The notes below the pieces were generated by a model, which was not told the DNA's origin, ran no database searches, and saw only the letters and a program-made list of their open reading frames with translations. The position numbers and the translations under genes were made by a program. This document shows positions 39,308-48,816 of a stretch of 64,000 bases of DNA, piece by piece. Numbering within the stretch: position 1 is the stretch's first letter; every line of letters begins with the position of its first letter. Source of the DNA: a bacterium (GTDB lineage Bacteria; UBA4055); NCBI GenBank assembly GCA_029559475.1, contig JAKQBN010000055.1:92031-156030 (forward strand), given 5' to 3'.

Positions 39308-40624
39308 TCATTTCCCGATGCAAAATTTACTGAATATGTTGTTTATAATGTCGAGACTTGTCGTTTCTCCTGTCAGTTCTCCAAGCGTATCAAGCGCCTG
39401 CCTGAGATCAAGAATTATGACTTCGTTAGTATCAGATGAACTGACTGTGATTTTAGCCTGCTGAAGCTTTTCCGCGGTTTCTTTAAGAACGTTCAGATGC
39501 CTCAAATTAGATATATAATAAGGCTGATACGACATATTCTCTTCGATGACGGTTTTTACCATAAGATCTTTAAGTTCTTCTATCCCCTGTCCTGTTTTAC
39601 AGCTTATTTTTACTGATCCGGAGTGAACAGGTATGTCTTTCAGATCGCATTTATTATAAACTCTGATCACATTCTCTGCTTCTATTTCCGTCACGGAAGC
39701 CTCATTTGCCGAATCAATGATCTGAAGTACGATGTCAGCCTCTTTTAAAAGTTTTTTTGACCTTGTAATTCCTTCGCTTTCGATAATATCGTCAGTCTCT
39801 CTAAGCCCGGCCGTATCGAAAAGCCTCAAAAGATATCCGTGAACCTCGATTTTTTCTTCGATCGTGTCTCTTGTCGTTCCGGCTATGTCAGTCACTATCA
39901 CCCTGTCCGACTGCAGCAGTCTGTTCATTAATGACGATTTACCTACATTTACCTCACCGGCTAAGACTACCTTTATACCGTCCTTGTAGATGCGGCCTTT
40001 TTTATAGCCCTGAATAAATTTATTGATCACTTCAATCGCATCGCCGATCTTATCGCATATTTCGCCTGCGGGAGTAAATTCAAGTTCTTCTTCGGAAAAA
40101 TCGAGCTCGATCTCCAATAGCGATATCAGATCTATAAGCATCTGATTAATCTTTTTAAGCTCAATTGAAAGACCTCCCTCAAGCTGCTCCTTTGAAGCAG
40201 TATAAGCCGCGTCGCTCTCCGAATTTATAAGATCTATTACTGCTTCGGCCTGAACAAGGTCGGTTTTACCGTTCATGAACCTTCTTTGAGTAAATTCTCC
40301 CGGCTGTGCCTTTCTGACCTTTTTGCTTTCGTAAAGGGCTTCAAGGATCTTTTTTACGATCAGAGGTGAACCGTGACAGAATATCTCCGCGGATTCTTCG
40401 CCTGTATATGAGTGATCTTCTTTAAAAAATACAACTGTTACTTCGTCTATCAGCTCGCCTTCATTTACGAATTTAGTAAAATACAGCCTGTTGTATTCAA
40501 AATTGTTCCTGATGCGGGCGGATGTTAAAAATTCTTTCAGTATGCCGCAGGATCCTTTGCCTGACAGCCTTATTACCGATATTCCCGCTTTTCCCGGAGC
40601 GGATGCAAGAGCTGCGATTATCAT
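39308..40624 (-). CDS. mnmE: tRNA uridine-5-carboxymethylaminomethyl modification GTPase MnmE (TrmE)
   Basis: 438 aa. G1 GEVNVGKSSL, G3 DTAG, G4 NKCD, and C-terminal FCIGK (C-I-G-K motif). Confidence 0.9.
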   Translation of the reverse strand: MIIAALASAPGKAGISVIRLSGKGSCGILKEFLTSARIRNNFEYNRLYFTKFVNEGELIDEVTVVFFKEDHSYTGEESAEIFCHGSPLIVKKILEALYESKKVRKAQPGEFTQRRFMNGKTDLVQAEAVIDLINSESDAAYTASKEQLEGGLSIELKKINQMLIDLISLLEIELDFSEEELEFTPAGEICDKIGDAIEVINKFIQGYKKGRIYKDGIKVVLAGEVNVGKSSLMNRLLQSDRVIVTDIAGTTRDTIEEKIEVHGYLLRLFDTAGLRETDDIIESEGITRSKKLLKEADIVLQIIDSANEASVTEIEAENVIRVYNKCDLKDIPVHSGSVKISCKTGQGIEELKDLMVKTVIEENMSYQPYYISNLRHLNVLKETAEKLQQAKITVSSSDTNEVIILDLRQALDTLGELTGETTSLDIINNIFSKFCIGK

Positions 40625-41748
40625 TATTCGCCCTTCATAAATTGTTTTATTCTTTTCCCCGCTTCTCTGATCTCATCATCAGGCCTCGCTATATTGAATC
40701 TGACGTACTGTTTACCGTGATCTGAAAAATGTATACCCGGAACTGTCGCGACTTTCTTTTTGTCGTATAGATCCATCGAGAATTTGAGGCTGCTTTTAAA
40801 ACTTTTCGGCATCTTTGCCCAGATGAAATAGCCGCCTTCTATCTCAGGCACATCGAAACCTGAGTCCTCAAGCGATTTTTTAAGCAGTCCGAAAGAGACT
40901 TTCATTTTTTTCCTCAATATGGCGGAATATTCTTTCCCGAAATCATATTTTTCTAGATAATTCGCGAGAGCCTCCTGCAAAACCGAAGGGGCGCACAGAC
41001 CCGTGTAATCGTGGATAAGCCTGATCTTTTCCAGATGATCGGCGGAGGCGATATAATAACCGACGCGCCAGCCTGTAATTGACAGAAGTTTTGAAAAGCT
41101 GTTCACATAGAAAACATTATCGCTTCTAAAAAGCGGTTCGAACGGTTTCTTGTTAAAATAAATTTCCGAATATACACAGTCGGCTATAATAAAAGCGCCG
41201 GACATTTCGGCAATCTCTAAGAGTTTCGTGAACTCTTTTTCTGTCCAGATCCTGCCGTAGGGATTTCCGGGCGAGTTGACAAAAATTATCCCGGCTTTAT
41301 TGCCGGTGATAAATTTTTCAAGCTTGTTGAAATCTATCGAGAAGTCCTTTTCCGGAATAAAAGAAAAATACTTACTACCGAAGATTTCCGGAAGCCTTGT
41401 GTAGCTTTCGTAAGCAGGGTCGAAACCTATCGCCGCCCTATTTTTCGGCAGTATATTGTTCAGATAAGTAAAGATCAGCGAAACTGCTTCTGTCGCGCCG
41501 TTCGTGACCATTATGTTCTCTTTTGAAAAAAGACTGTATTTTTGTTCAAGAAGATCGAGAAGTTTCTGATTGCCGTTCGACGGCGCGTATTGATGGATAT
41601 CTCTGCATGCAATGTTTCCGAGAATCTTCAGAAGTTCCTCGGGAGGCGGAAATCCGGGTATTCCCTGCGCGAGATTTATGCCTCCTTGCATTTTTACTTT
41701 ATTGCTCATTACGCTTATATATGAAATTTTCTCCAGCGTGACCTCCAT
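40624..41748 (-). CDS. PLP-dependent aminotransferase, class I/II
   Basis: 374 aa. NSPGNPYG and PLP-Lys SFSKLLSITGWRVGY motifs. Confidence 0.8.
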   Translation of the reverse strand: MEVTLEKISYISVMSNKVKMQGGINLAQGIPGFPPPEELLKILGNIACRDIHQYAPSNGNQKLLDLLEQKYSLFSKENIMVTNGATEAVSLIFTYLNNILPKNRAAIGFDPAYESYTRLPEIFGSKYFSFIPEKDFSIDFNKLEKFITGNKAGIIFVNSPGNPYGRIWTEKEFTKLLEIAEMSGAFIIADCVYSEIYFNKKPFEPLFRSDNVFYVNSFSKLLSITGWRVGYYIASADHLEKIRLIHDYTGLCAPSVLQEALANYLEKYDFGKEYSAILRKKMKVSFGLLKKSLEDSGFDVPEIEGGYFIWAKMPKSFKSSLKFSMDLYDKKKVATVPGIHFSDHGKQYVRFNIARPDDEIREAGKRIKQFMKGE

Positions 41749-41817
41749 TTATACTCTGATTCTGCGATTTCATGGTAATAATATAACAAATCGGCAGCGT
41801 TATTCAAATATCTAAAG

Positions 41818-41830
41818 TTATATTTTGATT
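41818..41830 (+). promoter_or_regulatory. possible Bacteroidetes-type -7 promoter element (TAnnTTTG) upstream of the EF-G-like gene
   Basis: tatattttg in the AT-rich leader ~110 nt upstream of the start at 41939. The assignment is tentative. Confidence 0.25.
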
Positions 41831-41938
41831 TTATATGAAAAATTATCAGTTAATTTTCTTGACTTAGCTTTTGAATATAATTATTTTTACCGCGCTTTTA
41901 ATTTAATTAAATTATTAATATAAATTAATGGAGGAAAA

Positions 41939-44017
41939 ATGAAAGCGTATCACGCCAAGGAAATCAGAAATATCGCACTCGTCGGGCACAATTCCGTGGG
42001 AAAAACGATACTGGCTGAGAGCATAGCTTTCCACACAGGTAAGATCACCCGTATGGGATCGATCGAGGACGGAACGACATTATCCGATTACTCTGCGAAC
42101 GAGATCGAGAAAAAATATTCCATCAGGTCGTCTTTGATAGCTATAGACAACAAAGATGTAAAATATAACATCATAGACTGCCCGGGCTACGTCGATTTTA
42201 TCGGCGAGACCCACAGCGCTATAAAAGTCGCCGACACAGTTGTTGTTGCGGTATCCGCAGCAAGTACACAGGGAACGGAAGTAGGAACAGAACAGGGTTT
42301 TGAGATCGCCCGTCACAATCATAAACCTACAGCTTTTTTTATAAATAAATGCGACTATGAAAACGCGGATTACGATAAAGTGATATCAGATCTTCAGACC
42401 GCCTTTTCATCTTCTGTTACAGAAGTTCAGTTCCCGATCGGAAAAGGAGACACTTTTCACGGGATAGTCGATATCTTCGACATGAAAATGTACACAATGG
42501 AGAACGGAAAACCCGTAGCAAAAGACATACCGGCGGATGTAAAATCGAAAGCCGAAGAGATAAAAAACGCTCTCGCTGAGAACATAGCCGGCTCTGACGA
42601 AGAACTGATGAATAAATACCTTGAAGCCGGCGAACTTACTCCGGAAGAATTCAATACAGGTTTTAAGAAAGCTTTTACCGAAGGCTCGATATTCCCCGTC
42701 TTCTGCGGAAGCGCGATCAAAGGCATCGGAATCCATTCTCTGATGGATAAATTCAATACTATTTTCCTTTCGCCGGCAGATGTAAAGACTCCTGCTATCG
42801 AAAAAAACCTGACCGAAGAACTGACGGCGGACGAAAATAAACCGTTCAGCGCTTTCGTATTCAAAACAGTCGCCGAATCCCATGTGGGCGATATGACTTT
42901 CTTCAAAGTTATAACAGGAAAACTTACACCCGGAACAGATCTTAAGAACGGCGACAAGATCGAAAGGGTCGGTCTTATAAATATAGTTACAGGAAAGACA
43001 AGACACGAGACCAACGAGATTTTTGCCGGGGACATCGGCGCGGTTGTAAAGCTGAAATACACAAAAACCAACGACACTCTTACGGACAAATCTCTAAATT
43101 ACATAATCAAGCCGATGGATATTCCCAAACCGCTTGTATGGGAAGCTGTTAACACAAAAGACAAGAAAGACGATGCCAAGATCGGTCAGGCGCTGACAGC
43201 TCTGTCGAATGAAGATCCTACTTTCGGTTATACTATTGAGCCTGAACTCCACCAGACGATCATCCACGGGCAGGGTCAGAAACATATAGAGACTATGATC
43301 GAAAAACTGAAAGAAAGATTCAGCATAGAAATAGATGTAACAGAACCGAAAATACCTTACAGGGAAACCATAACTTCGAATGCAGAAGGCTCTTACAGAC
43401 ATAAAAAGCAGTCAGGTGGCAAAGGCCAGTTCGGCGAAGTTCATATGAGAGTAAGACCGAAAGGAAGAGGTGAAGGCTATAATTTCGTTGATTCTATCGT
43501 CGGCGGTTCTATACCCGCAAGGTTTATACCTGCAGTTGAGAAAGGTGTCAATGAGACTCTTGTAACAGGCGTAATTTCCGGTTCTCTTGTAGTTGACCTT
43601 GAAGTAGAACTTTTCTTCGGTAAATTCCACGATGTCGACTCATCGGAGATGGCATTTAAGATCGCATCCAGAACATGTTTTAAAGACCTGTTCAAAAAAG
43701 CTAATCCGATACTTCTTGAGCCTATATATACAGTAAAAGTGTCGGTTCCCGAAGAATATACGGGCGATATAATGGGCGATATTTCGACAAAAAGAGGAAG
43801 ACCTGAGGGAATGGAATCAAAAGCCGGTAAGCAGGTAATTACGGCAAAAGTGCCTCTGAGCGAAATGTACAGATACGCTACGACTTTAAGAACAATGACA
43901 CAGGGAAAAGGCTGGTTCGAGCAGGAATTCAGCCATTATGAAGTCGTTCCGCGCGAGGTTCAGCAGAAGATCGTTGAGAAATACGAAGCCAGCAAAGGTC
44001 AGGAAGAGGAAGAATAA
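41939..44017 (+). CDS. elongation factor G paralog (EF-G-like translational GTPase) with a divergent P-loop
   Basis: 692 aa. G1 VGHNSVGKT (canonical AHIDAGKTT), G3 DCPGYVDF, G4 NKCD. Domain IV RHKKQSGGKGQFGEV. Domain V VPEEYTGDIMGDISTKRG...VPLSEMYRYATTLRTMTQGKG. Confidence 0.8.
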   Translation: MKAYHAKEIRNIALVGHNSVGKTILAESIAFHTGKITRMGSIEDGTTLSDYSANEIEKKYSIRSSLIAIDNKDVKYNIIDCPGYVDFIGETHSAIKVADTVVVAVSAASTQGTEVGTEQGFEIARHNHKPTAFFINKCDYENADYDKVISDLQTAFSSSVTEVQFPIGKGDTFHGIVDIFDMKMYTMENGKPVAKDIPADVKSKAEEIKNALAENIAGSDEELMNKYLEAGELTPEEFNTGFKKAFTEGSIFPVFCGSAIKGIGIHSLMDKFNTIFLSPADVKTPAIEKNLTEELTADENKPFSAFVFKTVAESHVGDMTFFKVITGKLTPGTDLKNGDKIERVGLINIVTGKTRHETNEIFAGDIGAVVKLKYTKTNDTLTDKSLNYIIKPMDIPKPLVWEAVNTKDKKDDAKIGQALTALSNEDPTFGYTIEPELHQTIIHGQGQKHIETMIEKLKERFSIEIDVTEPKIPYRETITSNAEGSYRHKKQSGGKGQFGEVHMRVRPKGRGEGYNFVDSIVGGSIPARFIPAVEKGVNETLVTGVISGSLVVDLEVELFFGKFHDVDSSEMAFKIASRTCFKDLFKKANPILLEPIYTVKVSVPEEYTGDIMGDISTKRGRPEGMESKAGKQVITAKVPLSEMYRYATTLRTMTQGKGWFEQEFSHYEVVPREVQQKIVEKYEASKGQEEEE

Positions 44018-44018
44018 A

Positions 44019-45116
44019 ATGAACATTCAGATGGTCGACATGAAAAAGCAGTATGACGAGATCAGATCCCGTCTTGAACCTAAAGTGATCGAAGTCCTGT
44101 CCGGCGGTTATTATATTGGAGGTCCGGAGCTTAAAGCATTCGAGGACAAAGCCGCTTCATATATCGGGGTGAAACATGCTATAGGCTGCGCTAACGGAAC
44201 TGACGCTCTTCAGATATCTATGATGGCGCTCGGCCTTAAAAGAGGTGATGAAGTTATAACAACGCCCTTTACATTTATAGCTACAGCAGAAACGATTAAC
44301 ATTCTCGGGCTGAAACCTGTTTTCGTTGATATTAAACAAGATACTTATAATATTGATCCTGATTTGATCGAAGCCGTCATTACAAATAAAACGAAAGCGA
44401 TAATCCCCGTTCATTTATACGGTCAGGCTTCTGATATGGATAAGATCAATAAGATCGCTAAGAAACATAAGCTGTTCGTGATAGAAGACAACTGCCAGGG
44501 ATTCGGAGCAAAATATAAGAATAAAATGCTCGGTTCATTGTCCGATATAGCTACTATCAGCTTCTATCCCGCAAAAAATCTCGGAGCTGCAGGCGACGGC
44601 GGTCTGATGCTGACGGATCATGACGAGCTTGCTGCGAAAGTAAGAATGATCGCGAATCACGGCCAGAACGAAAGGTATAAACATCAGGTGGTCGGTGTGA
44701 ATTCAAGGCTTGACGCGATCCAGGCCGCGATCCTGAATATCAAGCTCGATTTTTTAGACGGATGGAACGAAAAGAGAAGAACCGCGGCCGAAAGGTATAA
44801 AAAGAACCTGAAAGATATTGCAGTTGTTCCTTTTGAGCACAAAGATAATTATCATATCTATCACCAGTTCTCAATACAGGTTAAGAAAAGAGACGAGCTG
44901 CAGAAGTTTTTGAGCGAAAATAAAATACCTACAGCTATCCATTACCCGATTCCGCTTCACCTTCAGGTCGCATTCGAAGATCTGAAGCTGGGTAAAGGAT
45001 CTTTCCCTGTCTCTGAGAAAGTCGCAGAAGGAATCATATCGTTGCCAATGCATCCGCATATAACAAATGAAGAGATAGATTTCATCTCTGACACAATAAA
45101 AAAATTCTATAAGTAG
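44019..45116 (+). CDS. DegT/DnrJ/EryC1/StrS-family PLP-dependent sugar aminotransferase
   Basis: Start MNIQMVDMKKQYDEIRS 1 nt after the EF-G stop. Motifs YIGGPELKAFE, AIGCANGTDAL, SFYPAKNLGAAGDGG. Confidence 0.85.
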   Translation: MNIQMVDMKKQYDEIRSRLEPKVIEVLSGGYYIGGPELKAFEDKAASYIGVKHAIGCANGTDALQISMMALGLKRGDEVITTPFTFIATAETINILGLKPVFVDIKQDTYNIDPDLIEAVITNKTKAIIPVHLYGQASDMDKINKIAKKHKLFVIEDNCQGFGAKYKNKMLGSLSDIATISFYPAKNLGAAGDGGLMLTDHDELAAKVRMIANHGQNERYKHQVVGVNSRLDAIQAAILNIKLDFLDGWNEKRRTAAERYKKNLKDIAVVPFEHKDNYHIYHQFSIQVKKRDELQKFLSENKIPTAIHYPIPLHLQVAFEDLKLGKGSFPVSEKVAEGIISLPMHPHITNEEIDFISDTIKKFYK

Positions 45117-45124
45117 TGACTTTT

Positions 45125-45150
45125 AAAGGGGGCAAAAGCCCCCCTTTTTT
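45125..45150 (+). terminator. rho-independent terminator
   Basis: aaagggggc-aaaa-gcccccctttttt: a perfect 7-bp G/C stem followed by a T-tract, immediately 3' of the DegT-family gene. Confidence 0.75.
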
Positions 45151-45709
45151 ATTGAAGAACTTTGTTCTCAAAACCGTTAATTAAGGCATCCACGCAATCT
45201 TCATTCGTTACAGGCTCTTCTTTGATAAATTCTTCGTTATGCGAATTAAGAATTCCTTTTATTGCTATTCTGCCTACATTATCTACAAGATAGTAATGAA
45301 TGCCTACGATTTTGGAATTTTTTCCGCCTCTTAAAATTTCGCAGTAAAAAATATACGTTCCGTTCGGAAATTTATGATAACGCACAAATTCTATCAATAG
45401 CCCGAGACTTTCATCAGCCATTTCTGACTGATCCGGCATCCAGTTGCCGTTTGGCGGAGGATAAAGATCTATAACTTCAGCTTCCGAAATTTTCTTTTCA
45501 TTAAAATAATCAGCGATCATCTCAGCGAGTGTTCTGTCAAAAGAACTGCTTTCTCTGTCCAGCAGATGAACGGGACATACTATCATTTTATAGCCTCCGG
45601 AAATGAATTTTTCCCTCAGAAGCTTATTCTCTGATGAGCAGCCGGATATTATTATCATTAAAATTATAACTGCTGTCGCATATAATATTTTTCCTGTTCT
45701 CATAAACAC
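45149..45709 (-). CDS. hypothetical lipoprotein
   Basis: 186 aa. Signal peptide with lipobox IIISGCSS. No recognisable enzymatic motif. Confidence 0.5.
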   Translation of the reverse strand: MFMRTGKILYATAVIILMIIISGCSSENKLLREKFISGGYKMIVCPVHLLDRESSSFDRTLAEMIADYFNEKKISEAEVIDLYPPPNGNWMPDQSEMADESLGLLIEFVRYHKFPNGTYIFYCEILRGGKNSKIVGIHYYLVDNVGRIAIKGILNSHNEEFIKEEPVTNEDCVDALINGFENKVLQ

Positions 45710-45777
45710 CCCCGTAATTTTCAGTTAGTATTATAAATAATAACCGTTATATAAGTCAAGTCAGAAATTTTAATAAT

Positions 45778-47046
45778 CTAATTATCTACAGTTGTTTTAA
45801 AAATCTCCTTTTTGCTTCTCAAGAACATCCAGCATAAACCAATGAGAACAACTACTACACCAGCACTGACGATAAAGCCTGCCCTTCCGCCCCAGGCTCC
45901 CGAAACAGATCCGGCAAACAGATTTCCGATCGGAGTTACCCCTCCGAAGACCATAGTGTAAACGCTCATAACTCTTCCTCTGAACTGAGGATCAGAATTC
46001 AGTTGAAGCGTGGAATTTACTGATGTAAAGAACATTATATTGGATATTCCCAAGAGTATAAGAAATGACGAAGCTGTATAGAAATTCGAAGATAAACCTA
46101 TAAGGATCATCGCAAAACTTATTGAATAAGGCATGGCTGCTATCAGAAATTTCTGATTCAGTTTATGGGAATAAACAGCAACGGTTAATGCGCCGATGAC
46201 GGATCCGATTCCCAGAGCGGACAATAAAAAACCGAACCCTTGTGCTTCGGTTTTAAGGACGGTTTTTGCAAAAACAGGTATTATAACATTAAAATTTATC
46301 GCAAAAGTTGATACTATCGCCACGAAAAGAAGAGGCCGGAAAAGAATCGCTTTACTTCTTATATAGGCCAGGCCTTCCTTAATCTCTTTCATCACGGTTT
46401 GCCTTACTACGGCTGTTTCCTCTTTCCTGATCTTCAGATTTTTGATCATGTGAACCGTTACTATAACAGCCATAAAAGACAGCGCATTGAACAGAAAGCA
46501 GAATCCTATTCCGAAATTAGCTATCAGTATCCCTCCGACTGCCGGCCCGATGATCCTGGCCAGGTTAAAAGTGACCGAATTAAGCGCGATTGCGCTTGTC
46601 AGGTGGGTTTTACCTACTAGTTCTATCATAAATGACTGCCGCGTGGGCATATCGAGCGTATTAACGAAACCTAGTATGATCACGATCACCGCTATATGCC
46701 AGAACTGAACGGCTCCGCTGAGAACAAGTATAGTAAGCAGAAGCGCAAGTACCATTGATACCGTCTGTGTAACAAGTATTATCTTTTTTTTAGGGAACCT
46801 GTCCAGATAAACTCCCGCCACCAGCGAAAAAAGCATTACAGGTGTGAACTGAAGCGCTCCGATAAGTCCCAGTAGAAAGGGAGACTTCGTGAGTTCATAA
46901 ACAAGCCATGCCTGAGCTGTGGTCTGCATCCATGTGCCGGAAAGAGAAATGCCCTGTCCATACCAGAAAAGTCTGTAATTCCTGTGCCTGAAAGCAGGAA
47001 ATGTTTTCTTGATAAAATATGGTATTGCTTTTAAGCGGTACTTCAT
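45778..47046 (-). CDS. MFS transporter (EntS/MFS_3-like efflux family)
   Basis: 422 aa with ~12 predicted TM helices. MFS-type loop motifs (GVYLDRFPKKK). Confidence 0.75.
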   Translation of the reverse strand: MKYRLKAIPYFIKKTFPAFRHRNYRLFWYGQGISLSGTWMQTTAQAWLVYELTKSPFLLGLIGALQFTPVMLFSLVAGVYLDRFPKKKIILVTQTVSMVLALLLTILVLSGAVQFWHIAVIVIILGFVNTLDMPTRQSFMIELVGKTHLTSAIALNSVTFNLARIIGPAVGGILIANFGIGFCFLFNALSFMAVIVTVHMIKNLKIRKEETAVVRQTVMKEIKEGLAYIRSKAILFRPLLFVAIVSTFAINFNVIIPVFAKTVLKTEAQGFGFLLSALGIGSVIGALTVAVYSHKLNQKFLIAAMPYSISFAMILIGLSSNFYTASSFLILLGISNIMFFTSVNSTLQLNSDPQFRGRVMSVYTMVFGGVTPIGNLFAGSVSGAWGGRAGFIVSAGVVVVLIGLCWMFLRSKKEIFKTTVDN

Positions 47047-47138
47047 GAACTCTCGCTTTTATTCGCTCTGCCTAAAAATAAACCTATGTTTAAATATAAG
47101 TCAAATCAAATTTTATTAAACTTTGATGCAGAAATAAA

Positions 47139-47483
47139 CTATTTATCTTCGTCAATCCATTTACTCCAGATTTCGGGTCTATCTCCTGCAGCGGACTTTT
47201 TCCCGTTCCTGACGACCGGAAGTTTTATCAATTCCTGATTTGCGAGAAGTTCAGTAAACAGATCGAATTTAAGATATGCGAATTTTGATTTATACAGCTT
47301 TGATTCTTTATCTATAAGTTCTTCTTTATCATCCAGCCCTGATAGAATGCTCTCAAGCTCTCCCCTGCTCATCTGCTTATCGTCAAGGTCAACAGAATGG
47401 AATTTTATCCTTCGCTCGGAAAAATATCTTTCGGCTTTCTTTGTGGCGCTGCTTTTTTTTCGTCCGAATATCTGTATATTCAT
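47139..47483 (-). CDS. ArsC/Spx/YffB-family protein lacking the N-terminal catalytic cysteines
   Basis: Likely start MNIQIFGRKKSSATKKAERYF (family pattern I.IYG..NC.TC.KA, with Cys replaced by Ser). Downstream LIKLPVVRNG matches LIKRPIV.G. The ORF track extends to 47552. Confidence 0.55.
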   Translation of the reverse strand: MNIQIFGRKKSSATKKAERYFSERRIKFHSVDLDDKQMSRGELESILSGLDDKEELIDKESKLYKSKFAYLKFDLFTELLANQELIKLPVVRNGKKSAAGDRPEIWSKWIDEDK

Positions 47484-47529
47484 GACTGTCTCCTTAAAAA
47501 AAAAGTCCCGCATTAAGCGGGACATTTGA

Positions 47530-48816
47530 TTAGAATGATGTTGTATCCGCAAAAGTGAAATCTTTTATGAGCATCGTAGGAACTTTGGTGCCTGCAGCGA
47601 TATTGTCTTCTTTTCCTAAGAGAAGGATATTCTTCGCTGCATCATGAAGAACTTCGTTGAACCTCAGGTTGTTGACGGAATGTTTGATCTTTCCGTTCTC
47701 GAAGTAATAGATACCGTCCCTTGTAAGGCCAGTTACCTCGTTCTTTCTCATGCTGACTGTTCTGATGTACCAGAAATTGTTTATGATGAGTCCGTTTTTA
47801 ACTTTCTTCATCATTTCCTCTTCTGTCGCATTTCCGCCCCTGATGATCACATTCGGGATAAAATTTGGTTCTGCTTTTATCTTATGAGCATAAGACCTGT
47901 TTGTGAACAGCTCTTTAACCACACCGTTCTTTATCCAGTCTATGTTCCTGGCTGCAAGACCGTCACCGCTGAACGCACTGGCGGTAAGGTCTTTCTCGTC
48001 AAGACTTGATATAAGCGAAAAATTCTTTCCGAACATGTTTTTTCCGATCGAATTATGAAAAGCAGATACTCCGTAATCAGCGTTCTTTCTGTCAAAAAAA
48101 TACAACAGAAAGCTGAAGAAATTAATTACAGCCTGAGGCCGGAGAATTACATTATACTGACCTGCTTCGATCTTTTTAGGTTCAGTAAGAGCATCGAACC
48201 TTGAATTAAGCTGGTCGATCTCTTTCTTTATTGAATAATCATTAACATCTTTTACGCTTCTTTCAACCTTGGCTTCCCTTGTTTTATTGTCTGCCATGGT
48301 CATTGAGTTCTCAAATTCTGATGAGGAGTCGAAGCCTTCGAAACCGTTTTTGTTCTTGAGATATGAATCAGTTACTCTTTTCGTAACTATACCGGAAACA
48401 AAAGCCTTTTTCTTCTCCGCATTGTCAACAGTCTTCTTAATAACATCCACCATCTCTTTCATCGAGAATTTAACCGTGTTCTCCGAAAGATTGTCCGTCT
48501 TCGGAATCTTAGCTTTGGATGTACTGGGAACGAATTCAGGGTCGGGTTTGTTTAATTTAGCTATATTCTGAGCTGTTTCGACCATTTTTTTCAGTTCGCA
48601 TTCGTCAAGAGAATTTATTCTGGCACTGCCTGTTTGTGTTCCGTAAGCTACATTCAGCCTGACGCCGTATTTTACTCCGGTCATATTCTGTGTGATCATA
48701 TTCTGTGCATATCTTGTAGCAGTTTCGTCAGACCTGTACATAAAAAGCGAGAAATCATCGGCAGAGCAATTATTCTCAATAAATTTTGCGGCTTTCTGAA
48801 ATTGTTTGTCTGTCAT
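47530..48816 (-). CDS. pmbA: TldE/PmbA-family metalloprotease partner
   Basis: 428-aa TldD/PmbA fold without the HExxxH motif. Overlaps the upstream tldD by 4 nt. Confidence 0.7.
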   Translation of the reverse strand: MTDKQFQKAAKFIENNCSADDFSLFMYRSDETATRYAQNMITQNMTGVKYGVRLNVAYGTQTGSARINSLDECELKKMVETAQNIAKLNKPDPEFVPSTSKAKIPKTDNLSENTVKFSMKEMVDVIKKTVDNAEKKKAFVSGIVTKRVTDSYLKNKNGFEGFDSSSEFENSMTMADNKTREAKVERSVKDVNDYSIKKEIDQLNSRFDALTEPKKIEAGQYNVILRPQAVINFFSFLLYFFDRKNADYGVSAFHNSIGKNMFGKNFSLISSLDEKDLTASAFSGDGLAARNIDWIKNGVVKELFTNRSYAHKIKAEPNFIPNVIIRGGNATEEEMMKKVKNGLIINNFWYIRTVSMRKNEVTGLTRDGIYYFENGKIKHSVNNLRFNEVLHDAAKNILLLGKEDNIAAGTKVPTMLIKDFTFADTTSF

